A DNA stretch of 39,845 nucleotides. Origin: Candidatus Krumholzibacteriia bacterium (lineage in GTDB: Bacteria > Krumholzibacteriota > Krumholzibacteriia > WVZY01). The notes beneath the pieces were generated by a model that saw only the letters and a list, made by a program, of their open reading frames with translations, had not been told where the DNA came from and ran no database searches. The stretch covers positions 1 to 39,845 of the forward strand of contig JAZGDW010000195.1 of NCBI GenBank assembly GCA_036478295.1. The letters run 5' to 3'. Made by a program: the position numbers and the translations under genes. Every line of letters starts with the position of its first letter. The first letter of the stretch is position 1. Positions 7,128 through 16,034 of this stretch are shown in pieces.

Positions 7128-8045
7128 TTGCTGCCGCTGAATTTCAACCATCTATACTATTTCTACGTGGTCGCCAGACGGGGGAGCTTCTCCCAGGCGG
7201 CCGAGGAGCTTCGGGTCTCGCAGTCGGCCATCAGCGTCCAGATCAAGCAATTCGAAGCCTCACTTGGACATACCCTTTTCAACCGCGTCAAGACCGGCGT
7301 GGAGCTCACCGAGTCCGGCGAGGTGGTCTTTCAATACGCCGAGAAGATCTTCAGCGACGTCGACAAGGTGCGGAGCGACCTCGAAGCCATGGAGCACGAC
7401 CTGACGGGCACCATTTCCATCGGCACCGTCAACAGCATCGGCATCTACTTTCTGCCCGAAGTCCTGAAAGAATTCAACGATGAGTATCCGCAAGTCAAAG
7501 TGGGAATTATTTTTAAGTCACCGGCCGAGCTGGTGGCCGGTGTGCGCGGCGGCAAGACCGATTTCGCCATCCTCACCTCCAACCGCCGGTACGCGGGCCT
7601 GACCAGCGTGCCCATCCAGAAGAACAAGATGTTCCTCGTGGCGCCGCCGGATCATCCGCTAGCCGCGCAGGAGCAGATCGCGCTCGCCGATCTGGAGAAG
7701 TACCCGTTTCTGGGCTTCGAGGAGGGGATGGAGACACGGGCGATGATGGACGCTCTCTTCCGGCGCATGTCCCTGAGCATCGAGTACGTGGTGGAGTCCT
7801 CTAACGTGGCCACGATCAAGCATATGGCCATGGCCGGCCTGGGGCTCGCCATTCTGCCGGAAACAGCCGTGGGTCCCGAGATCCGGCAGGGACTCCTCGT
7901 GCGGCCGCCGGTGCCCAGCCTGTACATGGTGCAGGAAATCACCGCCTACCACAAGACGAGCCGGCCCCTGACGCCCACCAAGAGCGAGTTTCTCGCCGGC
8001 ATGCAGCGGCGCCGCACCGGCGGCGCCCGGCGCGCGAAACAATAG
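7128..8045 (+). CDS. LysR-family transcriptional regulator
   Basis: LNFNHLYYFYVVARRGSFSQAAEELRVSQSAISVQIKQFE HTH; start placed at TTG 7128 (AAGGGG upstream) rather than 7074. Confidence 0.93.
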   Translation: MLPLNFNHLYYFYVVARRGSFSQAAEELRVSQSAISVQIKQFEASLGHTLFNRVKTGVELTESGEVVFQYAEKIFSDVDKVRSDLEAMEHDLTGTISIGTVNSIGIYFLPEVLKEFNDEYPQVKVGIIFKSPAELVAGVRGGKTDFAILTSNRRYAGLTSVPIQKNKMFLVAPPDHPLAAQEQIALADLEKYPFLGFEEGMETRAMMDALFRRMSLSIEYVVESSNVATIKHMAMAGLGLAILPETAVGPEIRQGLLVRPPVPSLYMVQEITAYHKTSRPLTPTKSEFLAGMQRRRTGGARRAKQ

Positions 8046-8079
8046 TCTCCCGTCTGGGTTTTGTTCTATACTGACGCCC

Positions 8080-9144
8080 ATGAAAATTCTGCACACTGCC
8101 GATATCCATCTGAGAACCGTCGGCGATGAACGCTGGTGCGCCCTCCTGAGTATTCTGGAACTTGCCAAGGCACACCGCGTCTCGTTAGTCGTTATCAGCG
8201 GCGATCTTTTCGACCGCCAGCTCGACGCCCACAAATTGAAGCCCCCGCTCCGTGACCTGATGCGGTCTCTCGTATTCCCGGTGGTCATTCTGCCGGGCAA
8301 CCACGATGTACTGGCTCTGCGCGACGGAGACGATTACGGAGAGAACGTGACCGTGCTGGCAAGCCACGAGCAACATCTGGACATCGGGGACGTGCGGTTG
8401 TTCGGGCTGCCATTCGAGAAGATTGTGGGGGAAAAAGTGCTGCAGCGGCTGTTGTCGATCAAGAACCGCCGGCGCGATGGCGCGTGCAATATTTTGCTCT
8501 ACCACGGGGAACTGCTCGACCTGAGTTATTCGGGCAAGAGTTTCGGGGACGAGGAGCAGGGCGGCTATATGCCGGTGCGTCTGCCGTTCTTCGACAATCT
8601 CGGTATCGACTACGTCCTCGCCGGGCATTTCCACTCGAACTTCGAGTCGGTGCGCTACAGCGACGGTTACTTCGTGTACCCCGGTTCGCCGGTGTCGGTT
8701 ACGCGGAAGGAGACGGGCATTCGCAAGGTCAATCTTTTCGAAGTGGGCAAGCCCCCACAGGGGGAAATCGTTAGCAGTTTTCATTACCGCGACCTCACCG
8801 TCTATTTGAACCCCTTCTCCATGCAGGATCCGCTGGAGACCATCGAGCGCGCGCTGCGAGACTCCCACCCGGATGCCCGGGTGCAACTGAGCGTGACCGG
8901 ATTCGTGGACCTGCAAATGGCGGGCAGGACGGAAAAGGAATTTACCGCCGCCGTGCGCGAGCTCTTGACGCCCCGTGTCGAACTGGTGTCCGCGCAGTGG
9001 CGGGACATCAGCGAGGTCCGGCGCAACCCCCTCTTTATCCGCTTCCTCGAAAAACTGGAGGAAAGCGGCCAGACCGAGGGGGCCAAAGCGGAACTGCGCC
9101 GGTTGGCCATGGAGAGCATGATGGAGGCTTCGCTTGCGAATTAG
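8080..9144 (+). CDS. Mre11/SbcD (YhaO-like) metallophosphoesterase nuclease
   Basis: HTADIH, SGDLFD, PGNHD, YHG, AGHFH, YPGSP motifs. Confidence 0.9.
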   Translation: MKILHTADIHLRTVGDERWCALLSILELAKAHRVSLVVISGDLFDRQLDAHKLKPPLRDLMRSLVFPVVILPGNHDVLALRDGDDYGENVTVLASHEQHLDIGDVRLFGLPFEKIVGEKVLQRLLSIKNRRRDGACNILLYHGELLDLSYSGKSFGDEEQGGYMPVRLPFFDNLGIDYVLAGHFHSNFESVRYSDGYFVYPGSPVSVTRKETGIRKVNLFEVGKPPQGEIVSSFHYRDLTVYLNPFSMQDPLETIERALRDSHPDARVQLSVTGFVDLQMAGRTEKEFTAAVRELLTPRVELVSAQWRDISEVRRNPLFIRFLEKLEESGQTEGAKAELRRLAMESMMEASLAN

Positions 9145-11557
9145 GGCCATTCGGATCGACCGCTACGGACCGCTGGTGGATTTCAGCGCGGGGGATCTCG
9201 CCAACTTTACGCTGGTCTATGGCGCCAACGAGCAGGGCAAGACGCTGCTGCTCGACGCCATCCTCAAGCTGCTTTTCAAGAAGGACCTCAAGCGCCAGTC
9301 GAAACATTTCAGCAACATCGCGCGCGTCTCCGACCCTCCGGAGGGCTTCCTGGTGCTCGAGCACGACGGGCGCGAGATCAACCTGACGCGCAAGGACTCG
9401 TTGCCGGACCACCTGCCCGTTACGTGGGTCGATTTTCGGAATATCTTCGTCGTGAGGGACAGCGATCTCAGCATGGTGGACGAGAAGGACTACTACGTCG
9501 CCGTGTCGGAAAAGCTCTCCGGGCTGCGCACGTCGGAGATCGAGGACATCAAGCAGGTCTTGCAGACGAAAGGCCGGCTGACCAACCCCGGTTCGGATGC
9601 CGATTTGTCCGACAGCGCCGGAGCGGAGCATGCACTGCGCCGGGTAAAGGCGGCGCTGGAGCTCGCCCGGGAGATCGACAGGAAACTGCCCCTCTTCCAG
9701 AACAGCGGCTTCGATAAGCTGGAGAGAAGACTGGTCGAGGTCAAGGAACGGCTGGCGACCAAGGAGCGTGAACTGAAGATCTTTCGCGAGGCGGAAGTGA
9801 GGGGCACGTACCAGAAGGCACAGGAAGACTTGATCGAGCTCAAGGCGGTTCTGGAATCGCTCGGCGAAATCAGCGAGGTCAACGAGAAGGACCTGGAGAA
9901 ATGGCGCGAACTCGCGCTCGACTGCAAGCGTGACGAAGACGTCATCCGCTCGGTGGAAGAGCAGCGGCGAAACAAAGAGAAGAGGCTCCGGACGGTAAGC
10001 GACGCGTACGCCGAGGCCCGTGCCAAAGTGGAATCGGTCAAGAAGAGCCGGGAAGGGTTCACGGGGGAACTGGAACCCAAACTGAATGAGTGGCAGGTTC
10101 TCAAGCGAACGCGCATCGAGAAACAAACCCACGGCAAGTTCTGGCGCTGGGCCACGCGTCTGTCGGCACTGCTGCTCGTTATCTCGGTCGCTGGAAGTTT
10201 CTTTGTACAGGCGCCCGTATTGTTCGCTTGCCTGGGCCTGTTTCTTCTGCTGACCGTACTGTCGGCCATACAGGTGTACCGGTTGCAGAGGATAGAGGCT
10301 AGGTTCAAAGCGGCCTTCGAAGACCTGCGCGATTCGGCAAGGAGGTTCGGTGTCGAGATCGACTCGCCCGACGATGTCAACCTCGGTACGGTACTCGAGA
10401 AACCCGGTGGCCGGGAACTGGAGCTCGAGCAGCGAAAGCTGCGGGACGCCGATATCGGCAAGAACGTGTTGACCGGCGACCTGTTCTCGCTGGCGCAGCA
10501 GACGCGCATTCACAAGGAAAACCTGAACAAGGTCGAGGACGCGCTCAGCGCTCTCAAAATGGAGTCGGATATCGACACCCTGGAAGACTATCGCAGGGCC
10601 CTGAAAACCAAACGCGACAAAGAAACCCGAGTGAAGTCGCTGCGCTCGATGTTGTCGCGTGTCCTCGGGGGCAAGAAGGACGAAGAACAAATGCTACAAT
10701 TCTGGCAGGGGGAGATAGAGCGGCACCTGTCGGCGGTGCCGGGCACGGGTGGCGCGCAGGAGTACAATCCCGACCTGGTGACGGCGTTCGAGACCGAGAT
10801 CCAGACGCTCAAGAAACAAGCGGTTGAGATAGACGATCAGCTCAACATCGGCCGCAAGGAGCTGCGGGACCTGGAACTGAAAATCACGCACGCCGAAGTG
10901 ATCGAGAGTGACCAAGTGGTCTGCCGCACCATCAGCGACCTCAACGCGTTGAAGCGGGACATGGAGGCTTTTGTCGAGCGCGTGGAGAAGCAAAAAGAAG
11001 ACGCGCAGCAAGTGCTGAGAATCTTCGAAGCGATCGAATCGGAGAACAAATCCAAAGTGGTAGAGCTTTTCGGTGCCGACCGGGCGGTGTCCAGGTATTT
11101 CGCGGACATGACGGGCGGTCGTTACCGGGAAGTCATGTTCGACCCGGTGCACAGCCGTATCAGCGCGCGCGACGCTCGCGGCCAGGTAATAGCCGCCGAG
11201 AAACTTTCCGGTGGCGCCGCCGACCAGCTCTACCTGGCGATTCGACTTTCGGTGGCGCAGGGTGTCATGCAGGGAGCGCGCGGTTTCTTCCTTCTCGACG
11301 ACGCCTTTGTCAAGGCCGACATCGATCGGCTTCACAACCAGCTGGCGCTGCTCAAGACGATTACCGACGACGGCTGGCAGGTTATCTATTTCTCCGCGAA
11401 GAAGGAAGTCCTCGACGCGCTGCAGCCGAATATTGCCACCAACGACGTGCGCGTAATCCACATGCGAAACGTCCTGCTCGAACCCGAGGAACCCCGCCAA
11501 CAGCGGCCGGCCTCGTCGATCGTCGAGCTCTTTCCTGGAGACAAGGGGAACTATTGA
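9134..11557 (+). CDS. SMC/Rad50-like ATPase (YhaN-like) with central transmembrane hairpin
   Basis: Walker A GANEQGKT, long coiled coils, signature LSGGAADQLYLAIRL, Walker B FLLDD; overlaps the nuclease gene by 11 bp. Confidence 0.88.
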   Translation: MRIRAIRIDRYGPLVDFSAGDLANFTLVYGANEQGKTLLLDAILKLLFKKDLKRQSKHFSNIARVSDPPEGFLVLEHDGREINLTRKDSLPDHLPVTWVDFRNIFVVRDSDLSMVDEKDYYVAVSEKLSGLRTSEIEDIKQVLQTKGRLTNPGSDADLSDSAGAEHALRRVKAALELAREIDRKLPLFQNSGFDKLERRLVEVKERLATKERELKIFREAEVRGTYQKAQEDLIELKAVLESLGEISEVNEKDLEKWRELALDCKRDEDVIRSVEEQRRNKEKRLRTVSDAYAEARAKVESVKKSREGFTGELEPKLNEWQVLKRTRIEKQTHGKFWRWATRLSALLLVISVAGSFFVQAPVLFACLGLFLLLTVLSAIQVYRLQRIEARFKAAFEDLRDSARRFGVEIDSPDDVNLGTVLEKPGGRELELEQRKLRDADIGKNVLTGDLFSLAQQTRIHKENLNKVEDALSALKMESDIDTLEDYRRALKTKRDKETRVKSLRSMLSRVLGGKKDEEQMLQFWQGEIERHLSAVPGTGGAQEYNPDLVTAFETEIQTLKKQAVEIDDQLNIGRKELRDLELKITHAEVIESDQVVCRTISDLNALKRDMEAFVERVEKQKEDAQQVLRIFEAIESENKSKVVELFGADRAVSRYFADMTGGRYREVMFDPVHSRISARDARGQVIAAEKLSGGAADQLYLAIRLSVAQGVMQGARGFFLLDDAFVKADIDRLHNQLALLKTITDDGWQVIYFSAKKEVLDALQPNIATNDVRVIHMRNVLLEPEEPRQQRPASSIVELFPGDKGNY

Positions 11558-11582
11558 CAATCAAGTAGTTGCGGCGTATCTT
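11554..11582 (+). promoter_or_regulatory. sigma70 promoter overlapped by a consensus IHF site
   Basis: TTGACA-17 nt-TATCTT; AATCAAGTAGTTG at 11559-11571 matches WATCAANNNNTTR exactly. Confidence 0.7.
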
Positions 11583-11697
11583 CACATGGTGGCAGCCGGA
11601 TCGGCACCACCCTGCCTGATTCGCCCAACCCCTGGAGAAAAGAAAATCGACGGACGCCTCCCCCCACGGCCGCCGTCGAGCGTCGCCTGCAAATCCG

Positions 11698-14600
11698 ATG
11701 CGAATTAGAGACTACTTATATGCAGCCGTCGGTCTGGCGTTTCTGTGCTCCGCTGGGGGGGTCACGGCCTACAACAATCCCCCGCTGAAGTGGAAGACGA
11801 TCAAGACCGAGCACTTCGAGGTCCATTTCCATGAGGGCGCCGAGTGGACGGCGCGCCAGGTAGCTGCGGTGGCCGAGGAGGTGCACGGCCCCATCACCGG
11901 TCTCTACGGTTACGAGCCGGACGTGCCGGTCCATTTCGTCATCCGGGATACGGATGATTATGCGAACGGAGCCGCATACTTTTTCGATAACAAGGTTGAA
12001 ATCTGGGCCACGAACCTCGAGTTCGGATTTCGCGGAACGAGCGAGTGGATCCGCAACGTCGTAACGCACGAGTACACCCACATCGTTTCCATCCAGGCCT
12101 CGGCGCGGATGCCGAGACGCATGCCGGCGATCTATTTTCAACTCATCGGATTCGAAGACGAAAAGCGCTCTGATGTGCTCAACGGTTACCCCAATCACAT
12201 CGTGTCGTATCCGTTCTCTGGCGTACTCATGCCGCCGTGGTTCGCCGAGGGCGTCGCGCAGTACCAGACGCCCGCCAAACGCTACGACTGCTGGGATACA
12301 CACCGCGACATGATACTGCGCTGCGCCGTGCTCGAGGACGAGATGCTTACCTACGACGAGATGAGTTTCTTCGGCAAGTCCAGTTTGAAGAGCGAGCAGG
12401 TCTACGATCACGGCTACGGACTGGTGAACTTCATCGCGGCGCGCTACGGCCCGGGGGCGATAAAGGACATTACTGACGAGCTCAGGTCGCTGAAAAGGCT
12501 CAGTGCCGACGGGGCGCTGCGCAAGGTGACCGGCAAACCGGGCGAGGAGCTCTACCGCGACTGGAAGGCGGACCTCGAGCAGCGTTACGCGGAACAGACC
12601 GGAGGCCTGGCCCGACAAGAGGGCAGGGCGCTTGCCACCGACGGTTTCATGACTATCGCGCCGGTCTTCAGCCACGACGGTTCGAGGATTGCTTTTCTCT
12701 CGAACGAGGGGAGCGAGTTTTCGGGTACGGCCCTCTACGTCGTGGACCGCAGCGGCAAGAACAAGAAAATACTCCGGGGAGGCGTCAGCTCGCGGCCGCA
12801 GTTCTCACCCGACGACAGCCGGCTACTGTATTCGAAGAAGGACAAGGTAGACCGCTACGGCTCGACCGTCAACGACCTCTATGTATACGACTTCACTTCG
12901 AAAAAAGAGAAGCGACTGACCAGGGGTCTGAGGGGCGGAGACCCGGCATATTCCCCGGACGGCACGGAGATTGTCTGCGTCGTCAACGGCGACGGCACGC
13001 ATCGCATGGTTCGCATAAACGCCGACGGCGGCGGGCGGAGAGATCTGTTCACGGGTGTCGAGGGCACACAACTCTACAACCCCCAGTTTTCTCCGGACGG
13101 GAAGCGTGTGCTGTTCGGCATATTTACCAGCGGCACGCGGGACATTGCCTCGATATCCAGCGAGGGCGGGGATTTTCGCTACCACCTGCAGTCACCGAGC
13201 GACGAGCGGGACGCCAGATGGGGACCAACGGGTGAGTCGATCGTATTCGCCTCGGACCGGTCGGGCATCTTCAACATCTACGAGCTCGACCTCGAAGACG
13301 GTTGGATCAAACAGCATACCAGTGTCATCGGTGGCGCGTTCATGCCCGACCTGGCGGGCGCCAGAGGGGACGGCCTCGTCTACTCGCGTTACGGTGCCGG
13401 CGGATACGGTGTCTATTATATCGACCGCCTCTCCGATCCGGTGGCGACCCTGGACCGGGCGGCCTACGCCCGGAGGACAGCGGGACCCTTCGACGAATGC
13501 GGCGCACTGCGTGTGGCACTCGCCCGGGATCGAGGCGCCGCCGGCCGCGAGCTGGCCCGTGCGAGCGGCGCCAGGGAAACGGCCGGTCAGCCGGATGTGG
13601 GGTCATCGTTGTCTGCGGCCCCGCTAGTGGCGGATTCGACGATTACGAAATACAAGGCCGCCTACTCGCCGTTTCAATTCTACCCGCGCTTTGTGCTGTG
13701 GGATGGAACACCGAGATTCGGTCTCTTCATGAGCAGCCTGGAAATGCTGGACGAGCAATCACTCTTTTTGGGCGCGTCGTTCGGAACCGACGCCGAGTAC
13801 GACGCCTTTTTGGACTTTGAGCTCCGGCACCTGTACCCGACACTGTTCGCTAACTTCTTCGTCGTGCGGGAGCGCGATGAATCCAACGGGATCCTCGACA
13901 CCACCCCAACCAGTCCGACATTCGAGAAGACGCTCAACTTCGATCTCCGCTACGACGTGTGGCAGGCGGACCTTGGCCTGCGGTTGGAATTCGGCCCGAG
14001 ATTTTCTGCGACCCGCCAGCATGATCTGGCGCTCTTCTGGACGCACGCCGAGTACAGCGTTAACGTCGTCGTGAAACCGTTCGAACTGGACGGCACGCAG
14101 CTGACGCAGGACGAGGGTGGATGGAAGTACTACATCGCCAACCAGGCCCACCTGCGCTACAACTATCGCAAGCTCTCCCGCGCCGTGGACACCGACATCA
14201 ATCCCCGCGGCGGCCGCGCGGTGACGTTTTCGGCCATGCGGGCGTTCGACGAGCTGTTCGAGAACGGGCAGTTCGACTACGGCTTCCGCCCCAACTTTAC
14301 CAAGAACCATTTCAATCAATTCACCATCGACTGGCGCGAATTCATCGGGCTGCCCTATTTGCGGCACTCGCTGAGGCTGCGCTTCTACGGGTCCCTGATC
14401 GATGAAAACGTGTCCGATTTCTTCTGGTTCTACCTCGGTGGGCGCGACGGCCTTCGCGGGTACACCTACTACAGTCTCGGTGGACGGAGGGGAGCCCTGG
14501 CGAGCGCGACCTATCGTTTTCCGATCAAGAGAAACATCAACAAGCAGTTCCTCCACCTCTACTTCAGGGATCTCTACGGCAGCATTTTCTTCGAAACGGC

Positions 14601-14835
14601 GAATGCATGGAACGAGAGCAAGTTCAAGACCCACGACTACAGGAGCTCCGTCGGTTACGAGCTGCGCCTGAGCCTGGGCTCGTACTACCTCTTTCCCACC
14701 GCAATCAGCCTCGTGTCTGCTTATTCGCTGGATCCGGTGTCGTTCGTCGATCCGGGTTTCAGCATCCCCGTCGTCATCACGCAGGACCGAGGTTTCAGCT
14801 ACTATTTCACGCTTGGTTTCGGCTTCGATCGCTAG
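11698..14835 (+). CDS. Exported protein: gluzincin-like peptidase, TolB/PD40 beta-propeller and Omp85-like beta-barrel
   Basis: Signal peptide; WKTIKTEHFEVHF; HEYTH...WFAEG; repeated P-x-FSPDG units; LGGRDGLRGY loop motif; terminal FTLGFGF strand. Confidence 0.8.
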   Translation: MRIRDYLYAAVGLAFLCSAGGVTAYNNPPLKWKTIKTEHFEVHFHEGAEWTARQVAAVAEEVHGPITGLYGYEPDVPVHFVIRDTDDYANGAAYFFDNKVEIWATNLEFGFRGTSEWIRNVVTHEYTHIVSIQASARMPRRMPAIYFQLIGFEDEKRSDVLNGYPNHIVSYPFSGVLMPPWFAEGVAQYQTPAKRYDCWDTHRDMILRCAVLEDEMLTYDEMSFFGKSSLKSEQVYDHGYGLVNFIAARYGPGAIKDITDELRSLKRLSADGALRKVTGKPGEELYRDWKADLEQRYAEQTGGLARQEGRALATDGFMTIAPVFSHDGSRIAFLSNEGSEFSGTALYVVDRSGKNKKILRGGVSSRPQFSPDDSRLLYSKKDKVDRYGSTVNDLYVYDFTSKKEKRLTRGLRGGDPAYSPDGTEIVCVVNGDGTHRMVRINADGGGRRDLFTGVEGTQLYNPQFSPDGKRVLFGIFTSGTRDIASISSEGGDFRYHLQSPSDERDARWGPTGESIVFASDRSGIFNIYELDLEDGWIKQHTSVIGGAFMPDLAGARGDGLVYSRYGAGGYGVYYIDRLSDPVATLDRAAYARRTAGPFDECGALRVALARDRGAAGRELARASGARETAGQPDVGSSLSAAPLVADSTITKYKAAYSPFQFYPRFVLWDGTPRFGLFMSSLEMLDEQSLFLGASFGTDAEYDAFLDFELRHLYPTLFANFFVVRERDESNGILDTTPTSPTFEKTLNFDLRYDVWQADLGLRLEFGPRFSATRQHDLALFWTHAEYSVNVVVKPFELDGTQLTQDEGGWKYYIANQAHLRYNYRKLSRAVDTDINPRGGRAVTFSAMRAFDELFENGQFDYGFRPNFTKNHFNQFTIDWREFIGLPYLRHSLRLRFYGSLIDENVSDFFWFYLGGRDGLRGYTYYSLGGRRGALASATYRFPIKRNINKQFLHLYFRDLYGSIFFETANAWNESKFKTHDYRSSVGYELRLSLGSYYLFPTAISLVSAYSLDPVSFVDPGFSIPVVITQDRGFSYYFTLGFGFDR

Positions 14836-14869
14836 ACGATGGGGCTACCGTTTCTTTGGAGGACAGGGA

Positions 14870-15388
14870 TTGACACGTTCCCACAAGAAGCCCCGCAGCA
14901 AGGCGCAGATGGCCTCCGCATACCGCGAGGCAGGTCACGCCGTGGCCGCGCTGGACGCGGGCATCATGCTCATGCCCGTGTCCATTTTTGCCAACGGACC
15001 TGGGGCGGGCAGGAACGTCTGGAACCAGGCGCTGCGTAACGTCGACTTCGAGTGGGTGCAGGGTGCGGACTCGCGTTCGCTGGTCGAGCGCCTAGCCACC
15101 GTGGTCATGGCCGGCCCGGTCGCGCAGCGTGCGTTTGCCTCCGGTGAACCGCAGGGCGCGGTGTGCAAGAAACGTGTCGGCGAGGTGAAGCGGCTGCTGA
15201 AGGCGATTCCGGGGGCCGGATACGCGGAGGCTTTCGAGCGCATCGAGAATCAGTTGCGGAGGTTCTTTGCGAGAAGGGACGTCGGCCACACAGTGGACGC
15301 GTTGAGCCGCAGCCTGCTCTTGCAAGGCACCCTGCCCGGGGACGATGTGGTGACGATCATTGAACGAAACCTTGCACCCCGCCGGTAA
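14870..15388 (+). CDS. Stand-alone peptidase M41 (FtsH protease)-like domain with degenerate zinc motif
   Basis: AYREAGHAVAA versus canonical AYHEAGHA; MAGPVAQ; LLLQGTLPGDDV resembles the FtsH C-terminal L..ETL.G motif; TTG start after GGAG/AGGGA. Confidence 0.65.
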   Translation: MTRSHKKPRSKAQMASAYREAGHAVAALDAGIMLMPVSIFANGPGAGRNVWNQALRNVDFEWVQGADSRSLVERLATVVMAGPVAQRAFASGEPQGAVCKKRVGEVKRLLKAIPGAGYAEAFERIENQLRRFFARRDVGHTVDALSRSLLLQGTLPGDDVVTIIERNLAPRR

Positions 15389-15454
15389 CGCCAGTCAGCC
15401 TTACGGACACATCGAATTGGCCGGTAGCGCGTCCGCTCGTTCATCCCCGGTCCA

Positions 15455-15943
15455 TCACGTGTCGATCTTCTTCAACTTGACCCGCAGGTCCTTGCGCGCC
15501 TGAACGCGTTGCTTCGCGTTCTCGTATCGTCGTTTCTCGTCCTTGGACTGCGGATCCAACGCCGTCACCTTCTTCGGCATGCCTTCGCGGTCGAGCTGAA
15601 CGAACGTCAAGTAGGCCGTCGTGGTCCGCACCTCCTCTCCCGTCACCGGGTCTTCCTTGTTGACCCGCACACCCACCTCCATCGAGGTGGTTCCGACGTA
15701 GTTTACGCTGGCCTTCAACACGACGTGGTCGCCCACGTGGATCGGCGCCTTGAAGGAGATCTTGTCGATACTTGCCGTGACCACAACTCCCTGGCAGTGC
15801 CGCTGCGCCGCCATGGCGGCGACCATGTCGATCCATGACATGATGACACCGCCGAACGCCGTGCCGAACGAGTTGACCTGGTGCGGGGCTAGTATGTAAC
15901 GGGTTTCGATGGCGCTTTCGGCCGGGGTCTTCGTTCTGGACAT
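15455..15943 (-). CDS. Acyl-CoA thioesterase (hot-dog fold, YciA-like)
   Basis: NSFGTAFGGVIMSWID, VVTASIDKISFKAPI, VGTTSMEVGV. Confidence 0.92.
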   Translation of the reverse strand: MSRTKTPAESAIETRYILAPHQVNSFGTAFGGVIMSWIDMVAAMAAQRHCQGVVVTASIDKISFKAPIHVGDHVVLKASVNYVGTTSMEVGVRVNKEDPVTGEEVRTTTAYLTFVQLDREGMPKKVTALDPQSKDEKRRYENAKQRVQARKDLRVKLKKIDT

Positions 15944-16034
15944 GACGGGATTGTAAGGGGCGGGGACGCGTTTGTCGACTGCGGTGTGACGGGGGGATGC
16001 GGCCGGCGTTCGCGGTGCCCGGTACCGCCGTGGC

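Noticed and set aside
8080..11557. Assignment to a named SMC defence system (Wadjet, Lamassu)
   Set aside because: Partner genes (kleisin/KITE subunits, JetD, LmuA/LmuC) are absent; a YhaO/YhaN-like pair fits better
9035..11560. Long antisense ORFs (551 aa and 288 aa) and similar shadow ORFs across the window
   Set aside because: Typical of high-GC codon bias opposite well-supported genes; no motifs
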